Shown here piece by piece: positions 1 through 13,088 of a DNA stretch of 64,000 bases. The stretch's first letter is position 1, and every line of letters starts with the position of its first letter. A program made the translations under genes and the position numbers. The stretch is from NCBI RefSeq assembly GCF_009914755.1, contig NC_060944.1. One strand, given 5' to 3'. The stretch comes from the human T2T-CHM13v2.0 reference genome, Homo sapiens. The notes beneath the pieces were generated by a model. That model saw only the letters and a program-made list of their open reading frames with translations, did no database searches and was not told the origin of the DNA.

Positions 1-160
1 ATACAAAAATTAGCCGGGTGTGGTGGCGGGTGCCAATAATCCAGCTATTGAGGAAGGAGAATTGCTTGAACCCGGGGAGGCAGAGGTTGCAGTGAGCTGA
101 GATCACACTGCTTCAGTCCAGCCTGAGTGAAAGAGCAAAACTCCGTCTCAAAAAAAAAAA
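1..160 (+). mobile_element. AluS right arm (cut by window edge) with poly(A) tail
   Basis: Linker ATACAAAAATTAGCCGGG, GAGGTTGCAGTGAGC, A tail at about 150-160. Confidence 0.95.
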
Positions 161-214
161 GGTCACCCCAAGGGGTTGCTGAAAGGATTTTACTCAGGAC
201 TCTACTAAGCTGTC

Positions 215-745
215 AGTACAGAAATTCAATTCAGGCTTCAGCAATATAGAAAAATATTTGACTCATATCCCTGAAAGGTCAAAGAGTATCTGGCTTCAGG
301 CATGGCTGGATCCAGGGACTCAAATATCAGGAGTGGATCTCTATGCGTCTTTTGTCTCTTTTTCTCCCATTGCCATTACTTTCAGTCAAGCTTCCCCTCC
401 AAGGTTGCACGCAGATGTAGCCCTATGTCCCACCTTCTCAGCAGGTTCAAAGGGCTGATACCTTTGTTCCTGGGTTTTGGGAGTGCTATGATTGCACCAA
501 TATGTGTCCTGTACCCATTCCTGCACATATTAAGTAACTAAGGGGATGGATTATGCTGATCAACCAGACCAGGGTCCTTGGTATGGAGGCTGGGCCAGCT
601 CTACCCCAACCACGTGGGCTAAGATGGTAAATGTAGTAAATGCATGTGTGTGTGTTTGGGAGTGAGAGGGAGGTTTCCAGAAAAATTGAGTTGCTATTAA
701 AAGAAGCAGGGATGACTACCAGACAGACACAACAGAGTTTACAAT
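215..745 (-). mobile_element. Old MaLR LTR (MLT1K-like)
   Basis: GGCTTCAGGCATGGCTGGATCCAGGGACTCAAA and GGGGATGGATTATGCTGAT resemble the MLT1K consensus; highly diverged. Confidence 0.6.
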
Positions 746-762
746 AAGTACGCTTGGCAGCT

Positions 763-1548
763 ATGTTAGGACGTTCTTGCATTGCTATAAAGAAATACTT
801 GAGACTGGGTAATTTATACAGAAAAGAGGTTTAATTGGCTTACAGTTCTGCAGGCTTTACAGGAAGCATGATGCTGGCACCTGCTTGGCTTCTGGGGAGG
901 CCTCAGGAAGCTTCCAATCATGGCAGAAGGTGAAGGGGGAGCAGGCATGTCACATAGCAGGAGCAGGAGCAAGAGAGAGAGAGTGGGGAGGTGCCACATT
1001 TTTAAATAGCCAAATCTTGCAAGAAGTCACTCACTATTGTGAGGACAGCACTAAGAGAATGGCACTTCCCTCTCTCGTCTCCCGATTTCACACACACCAT
1101 GCCATCTGCCTGATGCACTCTTTGCCTTCCCTCTTTGCCCACAGCATGGTGCATCCTTCTGATTTCAGCACAAACATTACATGCTAACGGTCCCTCCTAT
1201 GTGCTCCCAAGCCCCCTGGGCTTTTCTCATTATGGACATGTCATGCCATGGTGATTACGAGGCTCCCTCTCCAGAACAAGGTTTCTCAACTTTGGCACCA
1301 CTGACATTGGGGACTGCATCATTCTTTGTTGTTAGGGGGCTGTCCAGGGCACTGCACAATGTTTATTGGCATCTCTGGCCTCTACCCATTACAGGACAAC
1401 AGAATTCCCCCCACCTTCAGTTGTGACAACAATAGTCATGAGAAATCCACCGCCACGAGCTAATCACCTCCCACCAGGCCCCACCTCCAGTACTGAGAAT
1501 TACAAATTAACATGAGATTTGGGCAGGGACACAGATCCAAACTACATC
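763..1548 (-). mobile_element. MSTB-type MaLR solo LTR, interrupted at 1068-1435 by a duplicated local fragment
   Basis: TTGCATTGCTATAAAGAAATACTTGAGACTGGGTAATTTATA ... GAGGACAGCAC; resumes TCATGAGAAATCCAC ... CATGAGATTTGGGCAGGGACACAGATCCAAAC. Confidence 0.9.
1068..1435 (+). repeat. Direct duplicate of 4356-4718 (L2 fragment plus 5' part of MER20)
   Basis: Hand alignment gives about 89% identity; 76-bp exact core 1097-1172 = 4385-4460. Confidence 0.97.
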
Positions 1549-1617
1549 CGAGCTAACACTTCCGCTGCTCGGGACTTCTCTAAGAGAAGCAATTTCAAGG
1601 AAGGCAAACCCTGACTC

Positions 1618-2478
<861 letters not shown>

Positions 2479-2522
2479 GGAACCCGGACTCTTGAGTGGA
2501 AAACATGTCAAGAACAAATTAC

Positions 2523-2992
2523 TTTTTTAAAAAATCGTGGTAAAATACAAATGACATAAAACTTACCATTTTAACCATGTTTAAGTACACAGCTCAGAGG
2601 CATTAAGTACATTTGCGTTGTTGCACAACCGTCACCACCGCCCGTCTCCAGGTGTGGTCATCCAAACTATAACTCCAGGTGTTTGTCAACCCAAACTATA
2701 AGTCTGTCCCCATTAAACACTAACACCCCGCCCCCTCTTCCCCTGCGCCGCTGACGACTTCCTTTCTATCTTCTGTCCCTATCAATTTACCTGCTCTGGG
2801 AACCTCCGGAAAGTGGACTCGCCCAGTGTTTGTCCTTTTGTGTCTGCTCCTTTCACTTTAGCTTCATGTCTTCAAGGTTCATCTATGTTGCACCAAGTGT
2901 TCAAATTTTATTCCTTTTGAGACCAAATGATATTCCTTAGTAGGGATATTCTGTATTTTGTTGATCCACTGATCTGTTGATGGACATTTGGG
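2523..2992 (-). mobile_element. L1MB 3' end
   Basis: GTGGTAAAATACA...ACCATTTTAACC...GGCATTAAGTACATT...CCCATTAAACACTAAC; small internal tandem duplication 2646-2701. Confidence 0.8.
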
Positions 2993-3195
2993 TTCTTTCC
3001 AGGGCAGAGGCCTTTGAAGCCAAGAGAGCGCCCACTTTCATTCTTATAGGCAGCTTGACACCCCGTCAGTATTTGCCTGCCCCTCTTCCTGTCCTTTCTG
3101 GAGTGCAGTTATTCCTGCTCGGAAAGGAGCAGGAGCAAACTAGAGTAACATTGGAAGAGAGGAGGAGGAGGGGGAGGGGATTCATAATTTTTTAA

Positions 3196-3543
<348 letters not shown>

Positions 3544-4134
3544 TAGATCTGGTGGCGGTGGCCGCAAAGGAAGCACAGTTGTCAGAAGGAGAGCTGGGAC
3601 TTTTCGAAGCGCTTACTGGAACTAACAGAAATGCTGGGCTTTGTTTTGTCTTTCTCGAGAACACGCACTTTTTGGAATAAAGAACTCCAAAAAAAAGCTC
3701 CAAGAGTGGTGAAAGACCTCGGAGCATGAAATTGCATTACTGGAAATGGTCTGGGGCTTTTGTTCCTGGGGCTGGGACCTCGGGAGGGTTGGTTTAGTGA
3801 CAAGCCCAGCCAGTCTGCGGAGGGGCATGGAGGGGAAGGGGGGCAGGAAGGGGCCATTAGAATGGCCCTCTGGTTTCCCACCTCCTCAGAAGGACAGAGT
3901 CTCAGGGAGCTAGTCATGGTCAGATGCTGCTCAAGGGGAAATGCAGAAGCGCGGTATCACCCCTCGCCAAATGCATCAAACAGACAATAGCAGTAGCAGT
4001 GGCAGCAGTGGCAGCAGCGGCAAAACAGGCAGAACTGGTTAGAGGCTATAGGCGTGTGAGCCCTGCAGCCCACTCTGAGGTCTTTAAATAATACTGAATG
4101 ACCATAACTGCCTCCAAAAGGGTCTTCTTGCCTG

Positions 4135-4848
4135 GTTTGCTAAGAGACAAATCTGTTCTGCTCACAAACCCTCACTTCACTTCAGAACCTTCTATGGCTC
4201 CCTATTGCCCTTGAGATTGAGTCAAGCTTCTTAACTAAGTGATCTACATGATCTGACCTCTATATATGGCTTCTTCAACCTCAGCTGTTCCATTCTTCCC
4301 CTTGCACCGCCCACTCCAGCAACACAGCCCCCTCTGCTTCCTCCAAGAAAATCAGCCCTCTCTCGTCCCCCAATTTTGCACATGCCATGCCATCTGCCTG
4401 ATGCACTCTTTGCCTTCCCTCTTTGCCCACAGCATGGTGCATCCTTCTGATTTCAGCACAGACATCACATGCTAACGGTCTCTCCTATGTGCTTCCAAGC
4501 CCCCTGGCTTTTCTCATTATAAACATGTCGTGCTATGGTGATTACAAGGCTCCCTCACCGTAACAAGGTTTCTCAACCTTAGCCCCACTGACATTGGTGA
4601 TTGCATCATTCTTGTCGGGGGGCTGTCCTGGGCATTGCAAAACGTTTATTGGCATCTCTGGCCTCTACCCACTAGAGGCCAATAGCATTTCCCCCACCTT
4701 CAGTTGCGACAACCACAGATGTCTCTAGGCATTTCTACATGTCCCCTAAGAGAAAAAATTGTCCCTCATTGACAACCACCACACCGGAGAAAGGTCTTAT
4801 CACTGCTGTGTCCCCAATCAGCACATACTTGTTGGGTAAATGGATGAA
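4135..4848 (+). mobile_element. L2 3' fragment interrupted by MER20
   Basis: AACCTTCTATGGCTCCCTATTGCCCT, TTTGCACATGCC, ends CACTGCTGTGTCCCCA...TGGATGAA. Confidence 0.7.
4564..4781 (+). mobile_element. MER20 (hAT-Charlie MITE)
   Basis: GGTTTCTCAACCTT...GGCATCTCTGGCCTCTACCCACTAGA...ATGTCCCCT...TTGACAACCAC. Confidence 0.88.
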
Positions 4849-5079
4849 CAAACCCGCACACATTGGGTCCGTAGAGGACATTTGTCTCTCCAAAGTCTTG
4901 TTGGACCAAGTCTTGTTGGACCCACGCAGGACTGTGCTCTGTGTCGAGTGAACAGAGAAGTCATTGGTATGACCACTTCAAGGTGTTCCAAGTGGCAAAA
5001 GGGGCTCAGCGTGGGCTGGTTCTGCCAGGGTCTGTAGCTGTCATCATCTGCTTGGGTACAGTGAACCTCAGGGCTCTAG

Positions 5080-5385
5080 ACCTGTGATATCCAAGAGTGG
5101 CCACACACCACATGGCTCCTGAACCCTTGGAATGTGGCTGGTCCAAACTGAGATGTGTTGTGAGTGTGTAACACATATCAGATGTGAAGACTGAGCACCA
5201 AAAAAAACCCCAACAACTCATTAATAGTTTTTAGTAATGATTACATGTTGAAATGGTAATATTATGCACATATTAGCTTAAATAAAATATATTATTAAAA
5301 TTCTTTTCACCTGTTCCTTACTATTTTTTATTGCTGCTACTATAAAAACTTAAATTATTTCTGTGAGTCACACTTGTGAGCAACA
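5080..5385 (+). mobile_element. MER33 (hAT-Charlie)
   Basis: AATGTGGCTGGTCCAAACTGAGATGTG...GATTACATGTTGAAATG...AATAAAATATATTATTAAAATT. Confidence 0.88.
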
Positions 5386-5403
5386 CCGCTGTGGAGGACC
5401 CTC

Positions 5404-5750
5404 TATTATCCAGTCTGGAACTTCACCACTCACCCAGCTGCTCCTGGTTCTCGAACTCTCGTTTACTGGGGGGAAGGGAAGAGAAGCTAACATTGAGTTC
5501 TGTTGAGGGCCCGGCACTCTGTCTACACAACCTTGACTAATCTCACTAACTCTCTTCCTACCTCTGTGAGATAGACTCCGCACTTGGTTGTGACAGAGGA
5601 GGAAACTGAGGGCCTGGAAAAAAAAGGAATTACTTCTATTTTGACATGACTCCATTTCAACTTTGTTTACAATAAGAAAAAAATTAGACATTATTGTACC
5701 ACTGCACTCCAACCTGGGGGACAGAGTGAGACCCCATCTCAAAAAAAATT
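5404..5750 (+). repeat. Left arm (probable donor) of a ~345-bp inverted duplication; contains a MIR fragment and a 5'-truncated Alu
   Basis: Reverse complement aligns to 6440-6790 at about 89% by hand; shared peptide MSNFFLIVNKVEMESCQNRSNSFF in opposite-strand ORFs. Confidence 0.97.
5692..5748 (+). mobile_element. Severely 5'-truncated Alu (about 55 bp)
   Basis: CCACTGCACTCCAACCTGGGGGACAGAGTGAGACCCCATCTC plus A run; flanked by TSD AAAAAAATTAGACAT (5677-5691, 5742-5756). Confidence 0.9.
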
Positions 5751-5761
5751 AGACATAGCAT

Positions 5762-6070
5762 TATGCAGTTGGAAATCAAAGTCAGCTGCTAGGAACAGAA
5801 GCCAGAGTGAAATAATAACTTAAAAGAAACAGAAAGATATCTTCTTGTGTGAAAGAAGTCTGAAGATGAGTAGCCCAGGGCTAGGATGGAGACTCTACAC
5901 TTATCAGGGATTTCAGCACCATCTGTCTTTCTGTTCCACTGTCCCTAGTATGTAGCTTCAGAAAGATGTCACCTCATGATTCTTTATGGCTGCTGGAGTT
6001 CCAGCCATCACACCTGTATTCCAGGCAGCTAACTAGGAGGGAGGAGAAGAAGCAAGAGGACTTTTACAAA
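5762..6070 (-). mobile_element. MLT1J-like LTR fragment
   Basis: ATGGCTGCTGGAGTTCCAGCCATCACACCTGTATTCCAGGCAG. Confidence 0.7.
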
Positions 6071-6320
6071 ACATTTTCTGTGTTACAATGTGCTAAATAT
6101 TGTGCCGGATGTTGAGAGTACGAGTGAACAAAATAGATGCTCCTGTATTTCTTTCATAGTCAGCACAAATGAACATCTTCCTTGACACCTTTCAGTCTCT
6201 CCCGTCTCTTGTCTGATCCCTCAGCGAATCCTGCCAGCTCTGCTGAGACCCATGTCCAGAATCCCACCACTTGTCACCACCTCTCCCTCGCTTGCTGTTG
6301 TTCTGTCTTCAGGTCTCTGT

Positions 6321-6370
6321 TCCTGTCACCTCCGCAGAGAGGAGGTGACCTCTCTGGGGAGGTGACAGGA
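6321..6370. repeat. Near-perfect hairpin: 22-bp stem with 1 mismatch, 6-nt loop
   Basis: TCCTGTCACCTCCGCAGAGAGG-AGGTGA-CCTCTCTGGGGAGGTGACAGGA. Confidence 0.95.
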
Positions 6371-6439
6371 GGGAGGAGGGAAGGGAGGAAGGAGGAAGAG
6401 GGGAAGGAAGGAGGGTACCCCACCCATACACTCCTGCTG

Positions 6440-6790
6440 ATTTTATTTTTGAGATGGGTCTCACTCTGTCCCCCAGGCTGGAGTGCAGTGGCGCCACCTA
6501 TGTCTAATTTTTTTCTCATTGTAAACAAAGTTGAAATGGAGTCATGTCAAAATAGAAGTAATTCCTTTTTTATCAGGTCCTAAGTTTCCTCCTTTGTCCC
6601 AACCAAATAAGGTGTCTATCTCATAGAGGTAGGAGGAGGGTTAGTGAGATTAGTCAAGATGGTGTAGACAGAGTGTTGGGCCCTCAATAGAACTCAATAA
6701 ATGTCAGTTTCTCTTCCCTTCCCCCCAGTAAACGAGAGTTCCAGAACCAGGATCACCTGGGTGAGTCGTGAAGTTACTGATTGGATAATA
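6440..6790 (-). repeat. Right arm (inverted copy of 5404-5750)
   Basis: Direct alignment; begins at the Alu A tail and lacks the second TSD copy. Confidence 0.97.
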
Positions 6791-7297
6791 CTGCATCCAT
6801 CCTCTCCCCTGCCCCCACTCATTTCACTCATTCTCTTCCCTCTCTTCCCCCATAACACTCACCAACAAGAACGGCAGGCGTCGAGGTTGCACCTGGTATT
6901 TCCACTGCAAGGTACTCAGTTCCTAGAATTGGGCTTGCCTCAGAGCAGGCTCCCACTTACATCTGGTGAAATGAGCCACAAGCCTTTCGAGGCCCCGTCT
7001 TCATTGGTGCCATTAAACTTATGTAGTCAAAACACTCATCCTTGCTTGGTGGGAAAGCCCGCCGTATTGGCAACAGCAAACACCCTAGCCAGAGTAAACC
7101 TCAATTTATGTTTGGCTCTATTTTCTGCCTCTACCCTATGCTTGCTTTCAGATCATAAAGCTTCTTGGGAGAGGAACTTTCCCCCACTTGCCACAACGCC
7201 TACTGGAATTAACCTGATCATTCCTGTTGTGATTAATGAACAGATAGGCCATGTCTTAAGGCGAAATTGAACAATTGGCTGCCAGAGCGCTTCACAT

Positions 7298-7511
7298 CAG
7301 GGCTTCTCAGCCTTGACACTTAGTGATATCTGGGGCTGGATCGTTCTTGGTGGTGGGGGCCATCCTGTGCACTGTGGAATGTTCAGCAGCATCCCTGATC
7401 TCCACCCACTCTATGCCAGTAACACCCTCCTGGTTGTGAAAACCAAAAATGTCTACAGACGTTGCCAGGTGTCCCCTGGGGGACAGAATCACCTGATTAA
7501 GAAGCACTCTG
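7298..7511 (+). mobile_element. MER20
   Basis: CAGGGCTTCTCAGCCTTGACACT...GTTCAGCAGCATCCCTG...AACCAAAAATGTCTACAGACGTTGCCA. Confidence 0.9.
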
Positions 7512-8644
7512 CTGTTAACAATCCCACTCTTTCAGAAAGCTGGGATATGACCTCAGGTGGAGCTAGCCAAGCATCTAGTTCCTTTCCTCCCTCTTAAATT
7601 CTTCACCTTAAATTATCAGTTGGCAACCATGAAGGAGAGCTCGTCTTCAAGAATCTACATTGAGGGTAATGTGGAGCACAAAGGAAAAAGACAATCCAAG
7701 TTCCCACTGAAGCTGTAAAACTGAGGTTTGCAGTGCCATGATGCCATTAATTTGTTCACAGGGAAGAAAAACATGACCGTGTCCCCTTTCCCCTTAATTC
7801 AACAAGTCTTGGAAATCTTATTGTAACTTTCAAGGATTTCATCATACAAATAATAAATGAACGCCAATTTCACTTGAGTTCATGTAGATGGAACACAATG
7901 GGTCCCCAGACCCTATCTGGGAATCTTTGCAGAGTTACACTGATAATTTAGAATGACTGTCCATGTCAAGGGTGAGAAAACTAAGTCTCAGAGTGACTTG
8001 CTTACGATGATGTTGGTTCTGGACTTTCTTGGGCACACATGTCACAAGCATAATGAAAAGCTTGCTTTACCAAAAGGCAATGTGTTGGCTCAGAGGACTG
8101 GAACACTTATTGTGAGGCTCAAAGAAAGGCAAAAAGAGATAAGAAAGAAGCAGAGCTGCACTTTGCTACCTGCTGCCTCCCTGTCTGTCTCTCTGTCTCT
8201 TTCTCTGATTCTCTTCCACTTGTCTTTGGAAACAGCCTGTCACCTCATGGCAGGGAGGACATCCCTCAGCCCAGATCCCTTGTGCCGTAGTGTTGGAAAC
8301 AGCTTCCTACATTTCCCAGGGAAGGACTCTTACAGGCTCTGCTCGGATCACAGGCACATCTCTCACCAATACTTAGTCCACAGTATAAGCCACTTTGCTT
8401 GTTGTGGCCTGAGTTATGTGTCATGGAGGCAAGCAGGGTCTATTACCAAAATATAGAGAATAGGGGAATGGGGAAATGGGTGCTGGCAGCCAAAAACAAC
8501 AGCTACTTACCTCAGAACCGAGATGAGAGTCCAGATTTGAATTCATGCTCACCATTGCCGTATTTACTGAATGTTCTGACACAAATATCTGGGAAAAAAC
8601 TCACAACTTATCATTGTGAATTATTCCTGAATTGCATCCATGCC

Positions 8645-8792
8645 AACATCCCAACTGAAATATTATACTACAGTTTTGCAAAATACTACCTCTGGGGGGA
8701 CCTGGGCAAAGTGTAAAAGAGATGGCTCTGTGTTATCTCTTACAACTGCATGTGAATCTACAATTACCTCAATAAAAATTTCCATTAAAAAA
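8645..8792 (+). mobile_element. L1MC-type 3' terminus
   Basis: TCTCTTACAACTGCATGTGAATCTACAATTACCTCAATAAAA. Confidence 0.7.
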
Positions 8793-8809
8793 GTGGTAAA
8801 AACCCAACT

Positions 8810-8955
8810 TAATGTTTCTCATACTACAAGAAAAAAGCATTATTCCCAATTTGCAGATGAGGAAACTGAGGCTCAGAGAATTTAAAAAAAAAAAAAAGTG
8901 CCTTGGAAATCTTCAAGCCCGGTTCTAACTCCAGAGTGTGAGCTCTTGACCTCTG
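8810..8955 (-). mobile_element. MIR
   Basis: CORE sequence TTTGCAGATGAGGAAACTGAGGCTCAGAGA. Confidence 0.8.
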
Positions 8956-9104
8956 TGTTTTAAGGGCTTCCGTGAATCTCAGGTTGTCTTAGCAACCATC
9001 CCAGGGAAACATCAGCCTGGTTCTCTGGCTCCCTGTTGGCTCTGAGTACTTGGACTAGGCTAAGGGAAGAGTGGCAGGAGGCATATTGAGAGACACAGGA
9101 TAGG

Positions 9105-9725
9105 GGCAGAGGGAAGGCTTCCTGGAGGAGGTGTTGCTACCTTACTAGCAGAAGTTGGGGCCAGGCAAGGGCACAGAGCTAAGGTCCAGAAGAGGGAGGG
9201 AATCTACCTTCAAGGAACCCAGCAGACTCTCTGTGGCTGGAGCACCCGAAGGTGAGAGGAGTGGGCAAGGACGCTGAAGGTGGAGCATGGTCCAATCCTG
9301 TAGGACCCAGTGAGGCATGCTCAGAGGTTGGAAATTTACCCAGAGGGCGACAGGGAGGCACCAAAGGGTTTGAGCTGGGGAAAAGAGTTTCTTTGTAAGT
9401 TTTGCATTTTGGAAAGGTGACACTGGCTGCAGCGTGGAGAATAAATGGGAGGAGACCGTGTGTTTATTGAGCACCTACTATGTGTCAGGCATGGTTCCAG
9501 GCACTGGGGATTCAAGAGTGACCAAAACATCGTACCTTTCCCCGTGGAGCCTGCATTCTAGTAGTCATGCAAGCAGTAATCAAATAAACAAGTACATATA
9601 TTCAGTAAAGTAAACAGGATTCAGTGAGTGTTCTAAAGGACCATATCGTAGTGTAAGGGCAGAGGTGATGGTGGGATCGAGAGCTGTTTTGGCCTGAGGG
9701 GTCATCTCGAAGACTTGAGATGATG
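9105..9725 (-). mobile_element. Two adjacent L2 fragments
   Basis: GGAAGGCTTCCTGGAGGAGGTG...; TTTATTGAGCACCTACTATGTGTCAGGCA (L2 3' end) from 9460. Confidence 0.75.
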
Positions 9726-10546
9726 GTGGTCTGCACTGGGGGAGCAGCAAGAATTTAGTTTTGTTTCCCCCAGTGGCACGTGTCAAATTGTGGAGAAAGG
9801 GGATGTCGGGGCTGGCGGTCTTGGGGCTGAAACCTCTAGGGTGCCCACGCTCCCTTTGCTTTAGAGCGGCTGTCGAGCCGATATAAACATTTAAAAGTGG
9901 ATACAGCTTGGCTCTCATTCAGCATGTAAATAGTTGTCAAATCTTCAGTTTTGAAAGGACTGGTTCCCTGTGATTTGTATAAATTTTGAAACAGAGTAGA
10001 GGCCGCACGCATGGAAAACCAGTCTCTCTACCCTAGGGATGAGGCCAGGGTTTCGAAGACACAGACCTTTCAGATGGGAACTGCATCCCAAAGGTGGAGA
10101 CGAGATGGAATTAATGAGGACAAGGAAGGAAGACCAAATGTGTCCTTCGCCCAACAGACACATCATCCCATTAGCAAACAAGAAACTCTTAGAGAGTTGG
10201 TGCTTTGAAACTCTCAGATTAAAATGCACTTTGATTTTAGCTCCCATGTTTCTCCTACCTCTTCCAGGTGTTTAGCATTGAGTATATTTTCTTTTGGGAC
10301 TGGCCCCTGCAACTAATCTTTTCTGAAAAATAGACTTTGGGGTACCACCCTATGGATGTAAAGCAAAGAGTCTCAGCATGTAGTGTCACTGAGTTCAATG
10401 TATGTCTTTCCCCCTCTATGACACTGACAAAGATTTAAAGGATGGCAAAGCTCGTCGTTGGGGAAGACAAAGGGAAACTGCACCTGTTCAAGGCAGGGCC
10501 AACTGGAACAATCTTTTCTGATGGCAATTTGGCAGGATATGGCAAA

Positions 10547-10850
10547 TTTTTATTTTTTAGAGAGACAAGGTCTCCCTCTTTTGCCCAGGCTAGAGTATGG
10601 TGGTGCAGTCGTGGCTCACTGCAGCCTCAATCTCCCAGATTCAAGTGATTCTCTCACCACTTCAGCCTCCCGAGTAGCTAGGACCACAGGTGCACACCAC
10701 CACATCCAGCTAATTTTAATTTTTTTTTTTTGTAGAGATGAGTCCTTGCTTTATTGATCAACCTGGTCTCAAACTCCAGGGGTTCAAATGATCCTCCCAC
10801 CTCGGTCTTCCAAAGTGCTGGGATTATAGGCATGAGCCAACAAGCCTTGC
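10547..10850 (-). mobile_element. AluJ
   Basis: GCTCACTGCAGCCTCAATCTCC, GATCCTCCCACCTCGG; highly diverged dimer. Confidence 0.93.
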
Positions 10851-11084
10851 TGAAAAATTAAAATAAGGTTACACCTCAAAACTGAGCTAGGAATCATAGC
10901 ACAGAAACAACCGAAATACTGAGCAAATAGGGTAATATAAGGATGTACACTTTGGCATAATTTCTAATACTTAAAAAACAATACCTCAACTAATCCTCAA
11001 TTGGTTAAAAAGATGATTATACCTCCCAACACTAGGAGACACTTTGCAACTGCATCAAAATAAGGTGGAACTCAGCCAGCTGAT

Positions 11085-11920
<836 letters not shown>

Positions 11921-11922
11921 TT

Positions 11923-12248
<326 letters not shown>

Positions 12249-12755
12249 TCAAATGAGGTAGAGTCTACGGATGGATGTGAGGGTTGTTCAAGATGTATGA
12301 TTGAATGAAAACAGTGATCTCACTTTTGTAAAACAAAGTTGTGTGTGTGTTTCTTTAAGTACAGACAGGGTCTGAAAAGATGCCCTTTGCATCATAAGAG
12401 TTACCTTGGGTGTTTGCAGTGAAAACAAGACCTGGGAGGGGAAACAAGTATTGGGAGGGGATCTTCTACACTACTAGTCAATGTTGAGTTTTTTCTATGC
12501 ATGTGCAAGGCTTTTACAATATCTATTTTCAATAACTATATTTCAAACACATAGACACACGTGGTGAAAAAGCAACCCCATGATGTGCTGGGGGAAGGTA
12601 GAGGAAGTCCAGTTGTCTGCTTCAGAATCATTTTGCCTAAATAGGTACCATATTCATCTCCCTTGATTCATAATTCAGAGGCAACAGCATGGAAGAACTA
12701 GAATACTCTCAGGTTTCTGGGCACATAAAAATGGCATTATTTCTAGAAAGTCTGA

Positions 12756-13088
12756 TTTTGTTTTTTTGTTTTGTTTTTTTTTTCCTTGTTTGTTTGTTTT
12801 TGTTTTGAGACAGAGTCTCACTTTGTTGCCCAGGCTGGAGTGCAGTGGCATGGTCTCAGCTCACTGCAGCCTCTGCCTCTGGGGATCAATGATTCTTCTG
12901 CCTCAGCCTCCTGAGTAGCTGGGACTACAGGCGTGCACCACCACGCCCAGCTAATTTTTGTATTTTTAGTAGAGACGGGGTTTTACCATGTTGGCCAGGC
13001 TGGTTTCGAACTTCTGGCTTCAAGCGATCCACCCACCTCAGTCTCCCAAAGTGCTGGGATTACAGGCATGAGCCACTGTGCCCAGCCT
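12756..13088 (-). mobile_element. AluSz/Jb
   Basis: Full dimer; TSD TAGAAAGTCT at 12744-12753 and 13089-13098. Confidence 0.93.

Noticed and set aside
3546-3680. Short open frame DLVAVAAKEAQLSEGELGLFEALTG...
   Set aside because: No start codon or polypyrimidine acceptor; about 44 codons, compatible with chance.
5368-7270. Apparent paralogous small proteins sharing MSNFFLIVNKVEMESCQNRSNSFF and SLPFPPVNESSRTR
   Set aside because: By-product of the inverted DNA duplication. The frames are broken by indels and stops between copies and include Alu and MIR sequence.
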